Shown here one piece after another: positions 36,147-46,795 of a DNA stretch of 64,000 nucleotides. Origin of the DNA: Pristiophorus japonicus (lineage: Eukaryota); contig NC_091977.1 of assembly GCF_044704955.1 (NCBI RefSeq), positions 12,896,001-12,960,000 on the forward strand, written 5' to 3'. Position 1 is the stretch's first letter; each line of letters starts with the position of its first letter. Made by a program: the position numbers and the translations under genes. The notes beneath the pieces were generated by a model. That model ran no database searches. It was not told where the DNA came from and saw nothing but the letters and a program-made list of their open reading frames with translations.

Positions 36147-39100
36147 TATGGCAGGGGGATGGGAACCTATGCAGGGAGACAGAGGAAAACAAAATGGAGA
36201 CAGAAGCAAAAGACAGAAAGGAAATGAGTAAAAGTGGAGGACAGAGAAACCCAAGGCAAAAAACAAAAAGGGCCACTTTGCAGCAACATTCTAAAGGGTC
36301 TAAGTGCATTAAAAAGACAAGCCTGAAGGCTCTGTGCCTCAATGTGAGGAGTATTCAGAATAAGGTGGACGAATTAACTGTGCAGATAGCAGTTAACGGA
36401 TACGATGTAATTGGCATCACGGAGACATGGCTCCAGGGTGACCAAGGCTGGGAACTCAACATCCAAGGGTACTCAACATTTAGGAAGTGTAGACAGAAAG
36501 GAAAAGGAAGTGGGGTGGCGTTGCTGGTTAAAGAGGAAAATAATGCAATTGTGAGGAAAGACATTAGCTTGGATGATGTGGAATCGGTATGGGTGGAGTT
36601 ACGGAATACCAAGGGGCAGAAAACGTGAGTGGGAGTTGTGTACAGACCTCCAAACAGTAGGGTGATGTTGGGGAGGGCATCAAACAGGAAATTAGGGGTG
36701 CATGCAATAAAGGTGCAGCAGTTATCATGGGTGACTTTAATATGCATATAGATTGGGCGAACCAAACTGGAAGCAATACGGTGGAGGAGGATTTCCTGGA
36801 GTGCATAAGGGATGGTTTTCGAGACCAATATGTTGAGGAACCAACTAGGGGGGGAGGCCATCGTAGACTGGGTGTTGTGTAATGAGAGAGGATTAATTAG
36901 CAATCTCGTTGTGCGAGGCCCCTTGGGGAAGAGTGGCCATAATATGGTGGAATTCTACAGTAGGATGGAGAATGAAACGGTTAATTCAGAGACCATGGTC
37001 CAGAACTTAAAGAAGGGTAACTTTGAAGGTATGAGGCGGGAATTGGCTAGGATAGATTGACGAATGCTACTTAAGGGGTTGACAGTGGATGGGCAATGGC
37101 AGACATTTAGAGACCGCATGGATGAACTACAACAATTGTACATCCCTGTCTGGCGTAAAAATAAAAAAGGGAAGGTGGCTCAACCGTGGCTATCAAGGGA
37201 AATCAGGGATAGTACTAAAGCCAAGGAAGTGGCATACAAATTGGCCAGAAATAGCAGCGAACCCAGGGACTAGGAGAAATTTAGAACTCAGCAGAGGAGG
37301 ACAAAGGGTTTGATTCGGGCAGGGGAAATAGAGTATGAGAGGAAGCTTGCAGGGAACATTAAGACGGATTGCAAAAGCTTCTATAGATATGTAAAGACAA
37401 ACAGGTTAGTAAAGACAAATGTAGGTCCCCTGCAGTCAGAATCAGGGGAAGTCATAACTGGGAACAAAGAAATGGCAGACCAATTGAACAAGTACTTTGG
37501 TTCGGTATTCACTAAGGAGGACACAAACAACCTTCTGGGTATAAAAGGGGTCAGAGGGTCTAGTGAGAAGGAGGAACTGAGGGAAATCCTTATTAGTCGG
37601 GAAATTATGTTGGGGAAATTGATGGGATTGAAGGCCGATAAATCCCCAGTGCCTGATGGTCTGCATCCCAGAGTACTTAAGGAGGTGGCCTTGGAAATAG
37701 TGAATGCATTGACAGTCATTTTCCAACATTCCATAGACTCTGGATCAGTTCCTATGGAGTAGAGGGTAGCCAATGTAACCCCACTTTTTAAAAAAGGAGG
37801 AAGAGAGAAAACGGAATTATAGACCGGTCAGCCTGACATCAGTAGTGGGTAAAATGATGGAATCAATTATTAAGGATGTCATAGCAGCGCATTTGGAAAG
37901 AGGTGACATGATAGGTCCAAGTCAGCATGGATTTGTGAAAGGGAAATCATGCTTGACAAATCTTCTGGAATTTTTTGAGGATGTTTCCAGTAGAGTGGAC
38001 AAGGGAGAACCAGTTGATGTGGTGTACTTGGACTTTCAGAAGGCTTTCGACAAGGTCCCACACAAGAGATTAATGTGCAAAGTTAAAACACATGGGTTTG
38101 GGGGTAGTGTGCTGACTTGGATTGAGAACTGGTTGGCAGACAGGAAGCAAAGAGCAGGAGTAAATGGGTACTATTCAGAATGGCAGGCAGTGACTAGTGG
38201 GGTACCGCAAGGTTCTGTGCTGGGGCCCCAGCTGTTTACATTGTACATTAATGATTTAGACGAGGGGATTAAATGTAGTATCTCCAAATTTGCGGATGAC
38301 ACTAAATTGGGTGGCAGTGTGAGCTGCGAGGAGGATGCTATGAGGCTGCAGAGTGACTTGGACAGGTTAGGTGAGTGGGCAAATGCATGGCAGATGAAGT
38401 ACAATGTAGATAAATGCGAGGTTATCCACTTTGGTGGTAAAAGCAGAGAGACAGACTATTATCTGAACGGTGACAGATTAGGAAAAGGGGAGGTGTAACA
38501 AGACCTGGGTGTCATGGTACATCAGTCATTGAAGGTTGGCATGCAGGTGCAGCATGTGGTTAAGAAAGCAAATGGCATGTTGGCCTTCATAGCAAGGGGA
38601 TTTGTGTACAGGGGCAGGGAGGTGTTACTTCAGTTGTCCAGGGCCTTGGTGAGGCCACACCTGGAGTATTGTGTAACTTGTGGAAGGACGTTCTTGCTAT
38701 TGAGGGAGTGCAGCGAAGGTTCACCAGACTGATTCCCGGGATGGCGGGACTGACATATCAAGAAAGACTGGATCAACTGGGCTTGTATTCACTGGAGTTC
38801 AGAAGAATGAGAGGGGACCTCATAGAAATGTTTAAAATTCTGACGGTGTTAGACAGGTTGGATGCAAGAAGAATGTTCCCAATGTTGGGGAATTCCAGAA
38901 CCAGGGGTCACAGTCTAAGGATAAGGGGTAAGCCATTTAGGACTTCGATGAGGAGAAACTTCTTCACCCAGAGAGTGGTGAACCTGTGGAATTCTCGACC
39001 ACAGAAAGTTGTTGAGGCCAATTCACTAAATATATTCAAAAAGGAGTTAGATGTAGTCCTTACTACTAGGGGGATTAAGGGGTATGGCGAGAAAGCAGGA

Positions 39101-40199
39101 ATGGGGTACTGAAGTTGCATGTTCAGCCATGAACTCATTGAAAGGGCCGAATGGCCTACTCCTGCACCTATTTTCTATGTTTCTATGTTTCTAGATCAGT
39201 CCAGAATTGTTTGTTTAATTTTGGCGGATCCATGAATTCTTTGTCCTATTGTGGCAGGCTCGTTAATATGTCTCGGGTGGGCTGATCTTCTAAATCTGCT
39301 TCTTGATGGAAATATTAGCTTGGTAATCGCAATATTCTTTGTGCCTGGCTTTTGCATGCAGGCTGGAGTGGGCCTTTTATTTTTATGCATAGGGTGAAAA
39401 TGATTTTCCCGGTTCAGGTTGATGGCTGGCCATCTCTGAGTTAATTGTTGCAATGTTAATGTCTCTTGTGGAGAAGGGTTTTCGAGTATCCATTTTCCAG
39501 ACAATTTACCTTAGTCTCAATGCCCCAGGCAGTTTCAATAATCAAACTGGCTTCTTTAGTTCTCTAGTCCTGCCCACAGACTGAATTTGTCTTGTAATCC
39601 CAAATTTGATTAAAGTTCGTAGTTTCTTCCATGAGTATTTTAGGATTTCAAACTTTCTGGTAGATAGTTCCAAAGTAAATTTCCTTTCCAATGAGTCCAA
39701 ACACGGGGGGTGGCAGTGGGGGGGGGGTGGGGGGGGGGTGAGGGGGGGGGTGCGGTTCCCACAAATTCTGCCCTTCTCTTACAGTTGTGTAAACATCTAC
39801 TCACCTTGACCACCCGAATCATATCGTTGAATTTCTTCCGGCACTGTGTTGGGCTTCTGTCAATCACGGCACTGGCCGACACCTCTGCAGCCACTTCTGC
39901 CCCCAAGGCCCTAAAAACCTGCGGCATTGGCTGTCTCCCAGATGGGGGGAACAGTGCATTTATCCTTCTCTCTGTCCCCACCAATGTCTCCAATGCCAGG
40001 TCATTGAACCAAGTGGCTCATTCAAAAGGCATTGGAGCAACCAATACAGACCTTCCTTCCAGCTCTCATTGAACTTCAGCCATGATGAAAATGACCAGGT
40101 GCTGCCTGAAACGCCATCCCCTTTAAGAACTGGAATGAGCAGGAGGCTGAATATCGCTGATTGAAAATCATCTGAAATTGGGTGCAGCTCTCTGGTAAT

Positions 40200-40785
40200 C
40201 TCATGATAGAGCTAGAGTAAGAGAGAGAAGTGTGAAATTGAATCAGAAGGTTAGAGTGAAGAACCATCACCATAAATGGTTAAAGTGGTTACCAGGAAGA
40301 GTAGTGAAGATATGTGGTCCTCGCACATATTTGGTCAAGATGTTTGATCATGGAAAGGTTAGGTTTGTTCACATTGATCAACTACAGATGTGGAAGGAGT
40401 TGAAAGTTGGAATGATTCGATTATTTCTGATGATTCAGATAGTCTTGTTACAAGAAGAGTATCAGTAGCAAATCCTACATCAGATGTATGAGAAACAATT
40501 CCAAGAGAAAGTCAGAATTTAAATCCAAGTCCGAGTCAGGTAGACAAACCATCTGAAGTTGTAGAGAGTTCAAATGTAGATCAAGGGCTGCCATTGGAGA
40601 AAAACTCTCCTCAGGCTCAGCCTAGAATGAGTCTACGTTCGACAACAAGTTTGGAAAGTTCTGTTCGAGAGGGAAGGTATCTTCCAAAAAGAAAACCAAT
40701 GGTTAAGTTTGATTTGTAAGTATGAAAAAATAAGTTTATATCTTTTTTTGTGTATAACCATGCAAGTTATGTAAGATGATTATTT
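40200..40785 (+). mobile_element. Gypsy integrase C-terminal fragment
   Basis: KVRVKN...KWLPGRVVKICGPRTYLV...RFVHIDQ. Confidence 0.75.
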
Positions 40786-41059
40786 TAGAAACATAGAAAT
40801 TTATAGTACAGAAGGAGGCCATTTCGGCCCATCATGTCTGCACTGGCCGACAAAGAGCCGCACGGCCCTTCGTCAGTCGCCCTAAAGGTTACATACAAAC
40901 CCATGAACAATGATGGAAAGGCAAAGAGCACCCAGCCCAAACACTCCACTCCAACCGGAGCCATGCGATCTCCTGGGAGAGGCAAAATCTAGATAAAAAC
41001 CCAGGCCAATTTAGAGGGAAAAATTCTGGGAAAATTTCAATCCATCCAGGCGATCAAAA

Positions 41060-41410
41060 CTGGGGGGTGGGGGCAGGGGGAGGGGAGAGAGGTGGCGGGG
41101 GAGGGAGAGAGAGGCGGCGGGTAGGTGGGGGGGAGAGAGGCGGTGGGGGGGAGAGTGAGAGAAACAGCAGGCGGGGGAAGAGAGAGGCGTCGGGTGGGGG
41201 GGAAAGAGAGGCGGCGGGGAGAGAGGAACACGTGGGGGGAGAGAGAGAGAGACGCCGGGGTGGGAGAAAGAAAGAGAGACACGGGGGAGATAGAGTGCGA
41301 GATGGGGAGGGAGAGATAGACTGGGGGGAGAGAGAGACTGGGGAGGGAGAGAGGGAGACTGGTGAGAAAGAGAGAAGCATGAGGGAGGGAAGAGAGAGAG
41401 AGACACAGGG
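41060..41410. repeat. GA-rich low-complexity tract
   Basis: Purine-dominated plus strand. Confidence 0.9.
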
Positions 41411-42829
41411 GTGGTGTATCACTCAGGGAAGAAGTATCACGTTCTTCCAACCCCTTTACACCCACACCCAATTTCTCGGAAAGTGGAAGGGACATCGTTG
41501 GTGTGGAAGAAATCCGGAAGTCACGACACTGTCACTATTCACTTCATACCCAATAAACCTGTTAACAATCCGTGACCCATACTTGGGCTGGGGGTGTCAG
41601 GAATTTCGGTATAAGAACGTAAGAAATAGGAGCAGGAGCAGGCCATTTGACCCCTTGAGTCTGCTCCGCCATTTAATAAGATCATGGCTGATCTGATCTT
41701 GGGCTCAGCTCCACTTCCCTGCCTGCTCCCCATAACCCTTCACTCCCTTATCGCTCAAATATCTGTCTATCTACACCTTAAACTTGGGTTGGGATCAGGA
41801 ACTTCGGCTGGGGGAGCCATGCACTTGGGCTGGGGTCAGGAAGTTTGGCTGGGGGAGACATGCACTTGGGCTGGGATGGGGTCAGGAACATGGGAGGCTT
41901 TTGCTGGGTTGGTGGATATCGATCCTCTCTGGGTTCTGAAGTCAGAATGGCTCGAATTACACTTTGCAAAGTCACTCAGAACTTGGGCTGGGCGGTTCCA
42001 TTTACACATTCCAGAGAAATCTAGGTGCGGCTTATCATCCAAGGGGACCAATCAGCAATCAGGTCATGTGATAATGGAGAGCCAATCAGATCATTTTCAC
42101 AGTGCAAATAACTGCACCCAGCTTTTATACCACTTTTGCAGCTGTCAACTATTCAGAGGAATGGAGAGTTACTGAAACCCTGACCTACTTACCCGATGTG
42201 AAACCCGAGCGCAGGGAACCTTGTGAAAAAGCTGGAAAATGGTAGGTACACGGTAAAATGCTGCTTAAAAATCTTTTAACAAGCTTTTAACTTTGTCAGT
42301 GGCTGCCCCGCCACTTGGTGTCGAGTCTATAAAGCACAGGCAGAACGGCACTTGGGAAACTGACATGGAGGCGGGTTGACAGTGAGCTGGCGACTTGCTG
42401 TCAATCTTCTACATTTTGACAGCGGACCCACCTCCAAACCCATCCTCTGAGCACCGGCAAAATTCCAGCCTCAGGCGCTGTTCCGTCTTCATCCCATTCA
42501 AACGCTACGTTGAACACAATCATGCTATGATCACTATTGGATAAATGTTAACGCAGTTAGGCTGTTAAATCTGTCCCGTTACTCATTACTAATATGCCGT
42601 GCCCCCTTGTTGCCTATAGGACATATCGTTGTCGAAAATGATCCCGGACACACTCAAGAAAATCACTGTCTTTCTGACAGGTGCTAGTCTGCTTATCCCA
42701 ATCGATATGAAAGTTAAAACCTCCATTAAAACGGGGGAGATAGAGAGCGAGATGGGGAGGGAGAGATAGACTGGGGGGAGAGAGACTGGGGAGGGAGAGA
42801 GGGAGACTGGTGCACGCTTGTCTAATCTA

Positions 42830-43305
42830 ATAACAGAATACCCGGGAGTGAGTTACAGGCTGGAATCTAATCGAGTGTTCCGGTGGTTTATATATAGATT
42901 ATTGGATACCCGTGAGTGATTTACAGGCTGGAATTTAATCGAGGGGTTCGGGTGGTTTATATATAGAATATTGGATACCCGTGAGTGATTTACAGTCTGG
43001 AATCTAATCGAGTGTTCCGGTGGTTTATATATAGATTATTGGATACCTGTGAGTGATTTACAGGCTGGAATCTAATCGAGTGTTCCGGTGGTTTATATAT
43101 AGAATATTGGATACCCGTGAGTGATTTACAGGCTGGAATCTAATCGAGTGTTCTGGTGGTTTATAAATAGAATAACGGATACCTGTGCGTGAGTTACAGT
43201 CTGGAATTTAATCGAGAGGTTCGGGTGGTTTATATATAGGATATTGGATACCCGTGAGTGATTTACAGACTGGAATCTAATCGAGTGTTCGGGTGGTTGA
43301 TATAT
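42830..43305. repeat. ~68-bp satellite, ~7 copies
   Basis: Unit atacccgtgagtgatttacaggctggaatctaatcgagtgttccggtggtttatatatagattattgg. Confidence 0.95.
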
Positions 43306-43424
43306 CGGGATTGAGAATCCGGTCCTGATGCAGTGCCAGTGAGACCATGCTCTTTAAACACTGTGCTCTCTGATGACCTCGGGATTTAATACAGGATCAG
43401 TGGTTTACATCTGCAACAACAAAT

Positions 43425-44705
43425 GATCTAATTGAGGTGTTTAAGATGATTAAAGGATTTGACTATTTCCTCTGGTGGGGTAGTGGAGAACAAGGGGCAT
43501 AACTTTAAAATTAGAGCTAGGCCGTTCAGGGGTGATGTCAGGAAGCACTTCTTCACTCAAAGGGTCGTGTAAATGTGAAACTCTCTGCCAAAAAGCTGGT
43601 GATGCTGGGGATCAGTTGAAAATGTCAAAACTGAGATTGATAGGTTTCTGTTAGGCAAGGCTATTAAAGGTTGTGGAACCAAGGCGGGTAGATGGAGATC
43701 AGACACAGATCAGCCATGATCTAATTGAATTGCGGAGCAGGTTGGAGGGGCTGAATGGCCTTCTCTGGTCCCTATGCAGAGGTAGGGAGTTACAGGGCTA
43801 TGGAGGGATTTATAGACAAGGACAAGAGATTTAAATTGAATGTTTGATGGGATGGGCTGCCAGAGAAGGTCAGGGAGTGATACACACGAGCAGACAAAAA
43901 AGACCAGCTGGCACCTTCAGGGTTAAAGAGAGAGAGAATGATCACTTCTCCCAGACACCGACAGCTGCCTACACCAGCTCTCAGCTCCCTCTGCCACTTC
44001 CAATATCTCCACCACCCTTCATTCCCCAGCCATACAATGGCGTTCCACGCCACAGGACAGGTAGAAACATTAATCAAAAAGGCTGATGGAATATTAGCCT
44101 TTATATCGAATGGGCTAGAATAGAAAAGGAAGATGTTTTTCTACCGTTCTAAAAAAACTCTGGTTAGATCACATATTGAGAACAGCTCTGGGCACCACAT
44201 GTAAGGAAGGATATATTAGCCTTGGAACAGTGCAGTGCAGTTTCACCAGAATGTTACCAGGGCTCCAAGGGTTACATTTTGAGGAGAGATTATATAAAGT
44301 AGACTTGTAGTCCATGGAATATAGAAGGTTAAAGGGTGATTTGATTGAGGTTTTTAAGATATTGAAAGGACTTGTTCGGGTAGATCAAGAGAAGGTTTTT
44401 TACTGGTGGGGAAGTTGAGGATAAGGGAACATAACCTCACATTCAGAGCCAGACCTTCCACCAGAGGTCAGGAAAAACTTCTTGACGCAAAGGGTGGTAG
44501 AACTGTGTGGAACTCTCTCTGTAAAAATACCCAGCGCAAGAAATAATTTTAGCTCTGAGATCGATAGATTTCTGCGAGCCAAGTGTAGTAAGGGATATGG
44601 AGCCAAGGCAGGTGAATGGAGTTAAGGTACACATCAGCCAGGATCTCATTAAATGGTAGAACAGACTCGAGGGGCTGAATGGCCGACCCCTCTTCCTATG
44701 TTCCT
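43425..44705 (+). mobile_element. Old CR1 3' fragments
   Basis: Two CR1 ORF2 ends with 3' UTRs (43425-43775, 44020-44705). Confidence 0.75.
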
Positions 44706-44875
44706 TGTGTCTCGCTCGAAACCTGACACTCGCTCTGCCCCTCCCTGTTTCTCTGACTGACCGTCGCTCCCCTGGACTTTCACCCACTGCGACCCAACGG
44801 TGAAATAGTAAAAAGGAGCAGTTTATGCAACAAAATGAAAGTGAACAGTTGTTAATGGAAAGCACCTACTGTAAC

Positions 44876-44930
44876 CCTGCACCGAGACCGACAGCAGGAC
44901 TGTGGGAAGCCAAACATAGAGAGAATTCAT
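44876..44930 (-). CDS. Siglec-15-like receptor, predicted exon 1 (signal peptide)
   Basis: ggcgATG then MNSLYVWLPTVLLSVSVQ; phase-1 donors after 44876 (G|gttaca) or 44870 (A|gtaggt), both compatible with exon 2; lies in unique sequence with promoter motifs upstream. Confidence 0.65.
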
Positions 44931-45007
44931 CGCCAGCTCTCCGCTGTTTCGTCCTTCTCCTTCGCTGCTTCTTGTCTCCTGACACTAAAATGCTCAAAGT
45001 GTTTCTT

Positions 45008-45125
45008 CACTTCCTCTGCAACCTGCGTAAACTGTTGATCAGTCTCACTGAATTTAACAGGCTAACAGGAAGTGTCTTTAGTTGAGCGTCACGTGAGAAT
45101 GAGAGATATTGCATCAGCTTCCAAT
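45008..45125 (-). promoter_or_regulatory. Candidate myeloid-type promoter
   Basis: GAGGAAGTG (45008-16, minus), ACAGGAAGTG (45065-74), TCACGTGA (45089-96), TGATGCAAT (45108-16, minus), CCAAT (45121-25). Confidence 0.5.
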
Positions 45126-45467
45126 ATTGTTGGCAGAATGTCCATCGAGCTCCAGGGGGTTAAATTGATTCGCGGGGAGAACGGGCGTGGGGATGGCTGT
45201 ACGCGATGAACCCAGGCCCATAAAATCCATGCTGCCTGCTGATTTCCACCATTGCTGTGTGCAGCCAGCGCTACCCGTGCTGTTGATCAGTTGCAGGCAC
45301 CAGGAGGGAGATCAAAATCAGGAATGCACAATGCCATTTAAAGGCAGCCAGCTCTTCTTAAAGGGGATGTGGATTGGTGTGTCTAGAGGTATATCCATGT
45401 TTGCTAACTGTTATGTAATGATGTGTGTATCGTCCCAGTACCTTAAATGTATTGTAAGTACTATGCC

Positions 45468-45676
45468 GAAATAGGAGGTGGGTGGGGTGGTTTGACCCAT
45501 CCACCTCCATGGCACGAACCTGGTATTGCAGTACTCCTAGGAACGGTGCAGTGGCTCTGGACCTTTTGGCTAAGAGCATTGGCGCAGAGTGATCCTTGAT
45601 GTGTGCAAGGTGACCTCTGGCGTTTGTGATCTGACAAAGAATTGGAAAGATTGGCTACGAAAATTAAAAAAAAAAA
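45468..45676 (+). mobile_element. U2 snRNA-derived retroposon with polyA tail
   Basis: 23-bp TSD AAATGTATTGTAAGTACTATGCC (45445-67, 45677-99); absent from the 3' LTR; contains CCTGGTATTGCAGTAC...AGGAACGGTGCA (U2 3' end) and then CCTTTTGGCTAAGA (U2 5' end). Confidence 0.85.
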
Positions 45677-45974
45677 AAATGTATTGTAAGTACTATGCCA
45701 CACCACAGAGGGCGCTGCGGTGGGAAACCCTGGTAGTACCTGTAACAAGGGCTATATAAGGCTGACCACCACACCTGGGAGGCACTCTGGAGCTGAACAA
45801 TAAAGGACGAAGGTCACAGCAGTTAGACTTACACCAGACCGTGTGGAGTCACTGATTTGTGTGCTACATACACCACATTGGCAACAAGGACGGTCCGTGG
45901 GAGCTGGGAAGACTTCATTCCTCCACAGGCTGCAGCTCCAGCTCGGTCGGCGCTGCTCTCTGGGGACCCGGGGC

Positions 45975-46795
45975 AATGATTGGGAGGCCTTTACGGAAAG
46001 GCTCGAGTACTACTTCACAGAAAATGACCTGACGGAGGACACATACGCAATGAGAGAGAAGCGTAAGGCGATATTGCTCTCCAGTTGTGGAGATGAGGTT
46101 TACTGACTCGTCAGGGATTTGCTGGCACCCGGGAGCGCCAGGGACAAGTCATACGAGGAGCTGACTGAACTCATTCGTGACCAGTTGAAACCGAAGGAGA
46201 GCATCCTCACGGCCAGATACAAATTTGACCATCACTGCAGACCCGAGGGCCAGGATATCACCAAATATGCTGCGGACCTCAGGAGACTCGTGGCGCCGTG
46301 TGATTTTGGGGCACACCTTGATGAGGCGTTACGGGACGTTTTCGTTATGGGGATTGGCCATGAGGGCCTCCTTCACAAGCTGCTGGCCACGGAACCCACA
46401 GTCACTCTGACAAAGGCCATCGCCATCAGCCGGGCATATATGACCTCGACTTGCAGCACCAAGCAAATAATCCACACAGTCTCGAACCCGGCAGGCACTG
46501 TCCACAGGATAGTGCCCACCACGGACAAAACTGCAGAACGTGGCTCTGCCCGGGGCAGAGAGCATGGATCTCGGGGTCCTGGAGCTCAGAGTCCGCTGAG
46601 GGGGGCCAATCAAGCAGCACCATGCTGGCGTTGTGGAGGAAGCCATGGGGCTCACCGGTGCAGGTTTGCGGAGCATACATGCAATACCTGCCACATTAAA
46701 GGCCACCTTCAGCGTATGTGTAAAAGAAATCGGACTCACCATGTGGCTGAGGAGATGGGGGATGATCTACTGTTCAGCGAGGAGCTGGTAGAAGA
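45975..46795 (+). pseudogene. Mag-like gag
   Basis: DWEAFTERLEYYF...KAILLSSCG; one stop at 46104-06; CWRCGGSHGAHRC and CNTCHIKGHLQRMC. Confidence 0.9.

Larger units (their letters stand above)
34701..39193 (+). mobile_element. Full-length CR1 LINE (ORF1 open, ORF2 disrupted)
   Basis: 5' tandem monomers; ORF1; ORF2 endonuclease and RT with several stops and frameshifts; (tttctatg)n tail ending ~39193. Confidence 0.95.
33805..39783 (-). mobile_element. Long solo LTR (~1.5 kb without the CR1 insert)
   Basis: Ends TGTAA...TTACA with 4-bp TSD GTTG (33801-04, 39784-87); minus-strand AATAAA at ~33955-60 and TATAA at ~34666-70; sits in the Harbinger Myb gene intron. Confidence 0.7.
31219..40100. 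mobile_element. Degenerate PIF/Harbinger transposon with convergent transposase and Myb/SANT genes
   Basis: Transposase C-terminal half on + (31580-31930: WLITPL...IIEQTIGVLKQRFRCLD...CIMHNLA, acidic tail). Spliced Myb-like gene on - (exons ~40045-39805, 33593-33432, 33282-~32200; RSPTQCRKKFNDM). Right boundary uncertain. Confidence 0.8.

Noticed and set aside
41011-41696. Pro/Ser-rich and Gly/Arg/Glu-rich ORFs
   Set aside because: Low-complexity GA tract.
45600-45660. Faint U6-like words (TGCAAGGTGAC, AATTGGAAAGATT) in the U2-derived insert
   Set aside because: Matches are short and out of order; not distinguishable from chance by eye.
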